Shown here: positions 26,923-28,553 of the stretch, piece after piece
How positions within the stretch are numbered: position 1 is the stretch's first letter
Layout: each line of letters starts with the position of its first letter
Source of the DNA: Anaerolineae bacterium
GTDB lineage: Bacteria; Chloroflexota; Anaerolineae; 4572-78; J111
Direction: 5' to 3'
NCBI GenBank assembly: GCA_041576335.1
Contig: JBFGLD010000001.1
Location: 1 to 28,553, forward strand
DNA length: 28,553 bases
Notes under the pieces: model-generated
What the model saw: the letters and a program-made list of their open reading frames with translations, nothing else
The model's database searches: none
Told to the model about the DNA's origin: nothing
Made by a program: the position numbers and the translations under genes

Positions 26923-27471
26923 TCAGGCAGATGCAGCTCCAGGTTGCGGCCACGGCAGCGGGCCGGCTGCGTGCCAGACCGTCACCTGCGCCTCAATTTC
27001 CTCATCGCCCAGCTGTTGGGCTACCGAAATTCGATGATGCCCATCTTCAACAAAGAAGATATTTTCGATTTGAATAAGAGCAACCGGCGGCAGTCTTAGG
27101 CCCTGTTGTCGCGCGGTTGCGACGCGGGCCAAGCGATCTTTGTTATGGGCTTTGAGTGGACGAAAGTTGGCGTCAAAGTCGTTGCAGCGACCTAGACTGG
27201 CGCTGCCGCGGATCTGATTGATCGATACCGATTGGATACCGAGGTACGAGCTACCTTGGATTAAGCAGTTGGACTCGACATCGGCCAGATTGAGTAAACG
27301 GGGCGAGCGCCCGGACAAAGCCGACCACACCTTACCAAGGCCATTTTTTATATTTGTCGCTTGCGCCAACCACTGGCTCACTCTCTTCTCTATTGAGTCC
27401 ACCCCTCGGCCGGCCAGCGTGTCCGGGCTGATTGCCTGATAAAAGTTACGGCGGGAAATTTCGGCGGTCAT
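26923..27471 (-). CDS. Stand-alone ParB/Sulfiredoxin-like domain protein
   Basis: GIQSVSINQIRGS, DFDANFRP and LPPVALIQIENIFFVEDGHHRISVA; GAGGAG SD; no HTH or dimerisation region visible. Confidence 0.85.
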   Translation of the reverse strand: MTAEISRRNFYQAISPDTLAGRGVDSIEKRVSQWLAQATNIKNGLGKVWSALSGRSPRLLNLADVESNCLIQGSSYLGIQSVSINQIRGSASLGRCNDFDANFRPLKAHNKDRLARVATARQQGLRLPPVALIQIENIFFVEDGHHRISVAQQLGDEEIEAQVTVWHAAGPLPWPQPGAASA

Positions 27472-27560
27472 ACTTTTCTCCTCAAGGTGTAATTTGATTC
27501 GATTTACGGTAAACGTTAAAGTTTGATTATTTACTCTTCTGTATTAGAATATAAACCATT

Positions 27561-27609
27561 ACCGTTCGGAGACGGACTCGCCAACTGATCGGAAACTGTT
27601 CGGGAACTG
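27561..27609. promoter_or_regulatory. Direct repeats with 11-bp period (candidate SARP/BTAD binding site)
   Basis: AACTG at 27583, 27594 and 27605, giving units AACTGATCGGA / AACTGTTCGGG / AACTGG. A degenerate unit (GTTCGGA) lies at 27564-27570. Confidence 0.6.
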
Positions 27610-27636
27610 GATTTTTGGGAAGTTAGAGGAAAAGAC

Positions 27637-28553
27637 ATGGCAATCAGTTACCGCATCCGCCTGTTAGGAGCCATCCAGGTAGAAAAGGATGGGGTGGCGA
27701 TGCGGAGTTTTGAGTCCCGTAAGGCTTTGGCCATGTTGGGCTATCTGGCGATGCACGATCAGCCTGTTTCTCGCAGCCAGATTGCCGGTCTCTTTTGGGG
27801 CGACAAATCAGAAGCTCGCGGCCGGCGCAACCTTAGCCGAGAACTGAGCCAGCTCTCGGCACGCCTCCCAGGCTGCTTTCAGGCGGACTACCACACGGTC
27901 CAGTTTCAACCATCTGTTGCCTATTGGGTGGATACCGTCGCTTTTGCAGCGTTGTCTAAGCAAGGCGGCGGGCCGTCAGGCCTGACCGATGTTTCTAGCA
28001 GCGTGTCGGACCTTAATACCGACGGGCTCTCATCCGGGTCTCCAACTAAGATCGATCCGGCCAGGCTGGGCGAGGCTGTGGCCCTTTACCGGGGCGATTT
28101 TTTGACCGGATATTATCTGGACGACTGTCCTGAGTTTGAGACCTGGTTGATTCGAGAACAGGAAAGCTGGCGGCGACGAGTCAGCGCGCTTTTGGAAACG
28201 TTGATTTCTTTTCACGGCTCGCGTGGCGAAGATGAGCGGGCTGAGTTCTATATCAGGCGTTGGCTGGACATGGAGCCCTGGCAAGAAGAAGTACATCGCG
28301 ACTTAATGACGCTGCTGGCTCGAAATGGGAAACGCGCCGCGGCTTTGGCGCAGTACGAGATATGCTGTCGTGCTTTAGCCGAGGAGCTGGCCGCCGAGCC
28401 GGTCGCAGAAACCACAATGCTCTATGAACGAATACGCGCCGGAGAGTTGGGCAGCCAGAACGAAAGTAAACTGGAGAGCTCAGCGGTATTCTTTACGCCA
28501 CCTCAAACTGCGGCTCAGCCACCCCGTCACCCATCGGACAGTGCGGCCCCCCC
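27637..28553 (+). CDS. AfsR/SARP-family regulator with BTAD domain, 3'-truncated by the window edge
   Basis: Absent from the ORF track because no stop is reached. ATG 27637 with AGAGGA SD. Translation: MAISYRIRLLGAIQV...RKALAMLGYLA...LFWGDKSEARGRRNLSRELSQL...LYRGDFLTG...EFETWL...EPWQEEVHRDLM...AALAQYE...PVAETTMLYERIR. Confidence 0.93.
   Translation, partial: MAISYRIRLLGAIQVEKDGVAMRSFESRKALAMLGYLAMHDQPVSRSQIAGLFWGDKSEARGRRNLSRELSQLSARLPGCFQADYHTVQFQPSVAYWVDTVAFAALSKQGGGPSGLTDVSSSVSDLNTDGLSSGSPTKIDPARLGEAVALYRGDFLTGYYLDDCPEFETWLIREQESWRRRVSALLETLISFHGSRGEDERAEFYIRRWLDMEPWQEEVHRDLMTLLARNGKRAAALAQYEICCRALAEELAAEPVAETTMLYERIRAGELGSQNESKLESSAVFFTPPQTAAQPPRHPSDSAAP

Noticed and set aside
26923-27471. 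ParABS partition locus or plasmid origin
   Set aside because: No parA, no parS palindrome seen, no HTH in the protein, and the flanking genes are core chromosomal.
101-28296. Numerous ORF-track entries antisense to or nested in confident genes (e.g. 101-568, 3343-4047, 11166-11600, 19364-19840, 21198-21950, 24606-25106, 28030-28296)
   Set aside because: Shadow ORFs fully explained by the real gene on the other strand or frame; no motifs or SDs.
1-28553. CRISPR arrays, tRNA/rRNA genes, transposases, integrases, prophage genes
   Set aside because: None seen by eye: no regularly spaced 25-40-bp repeats, no cloverleaf with T-loop consensus, no DDE or tyrosine-recombinase motifs. tRNAscan-SE and Infernal were not run.

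Overview
Mostly housekeeping and accessory chromosomal DNA from a bacterium with the hallmarks of Chloroflexota, probably Anaerolineae. This is inferred from the NusA tail, the rimP-less nusA operon, the BTAD regulator with small partner proteins, and the anti-sigma style. Left to right: a 5'-truncated protein with two HARP-like repeats; lipA with a Cys-rich unknown gene upstream; a PLP aminotransferase/OsmC/UDG-like operon behind a structured leader; pepA; a minus-strand block (wHTH regulator, ECF sigma, DegV, putative anti-sigma, TIGR00341) divergent from fabF; a double-zinc-ribbon micro-ORF; DUF2461; VOC; a cytosine-deaminase-like gene; YihY; an uncharacterised AAA+ ATPase with a small partner; the nusA-ylxR-infB-rbfA-truB-ribF operon followed by two SDRs; and a ParB-like gene plus small gene(s) divergent from a 3'-truncated BTAD/SARP regulator. 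I saw no rRNA, tRNA, CRISPR array, transposase or phage genes. Best leads: (1) a candidate pseudoknotted riboswitch-like leader at 2686-2790; (2) the BTAD / stand-alone ParB-like / small-protein module with 11-bp-period repeats; (3) an ECF-DegV-anti-sigma block opposite fabF; (4) a paired TGACWGTCA motif in two promoters. All family calls come from motif recognition by eye; no database search was run.
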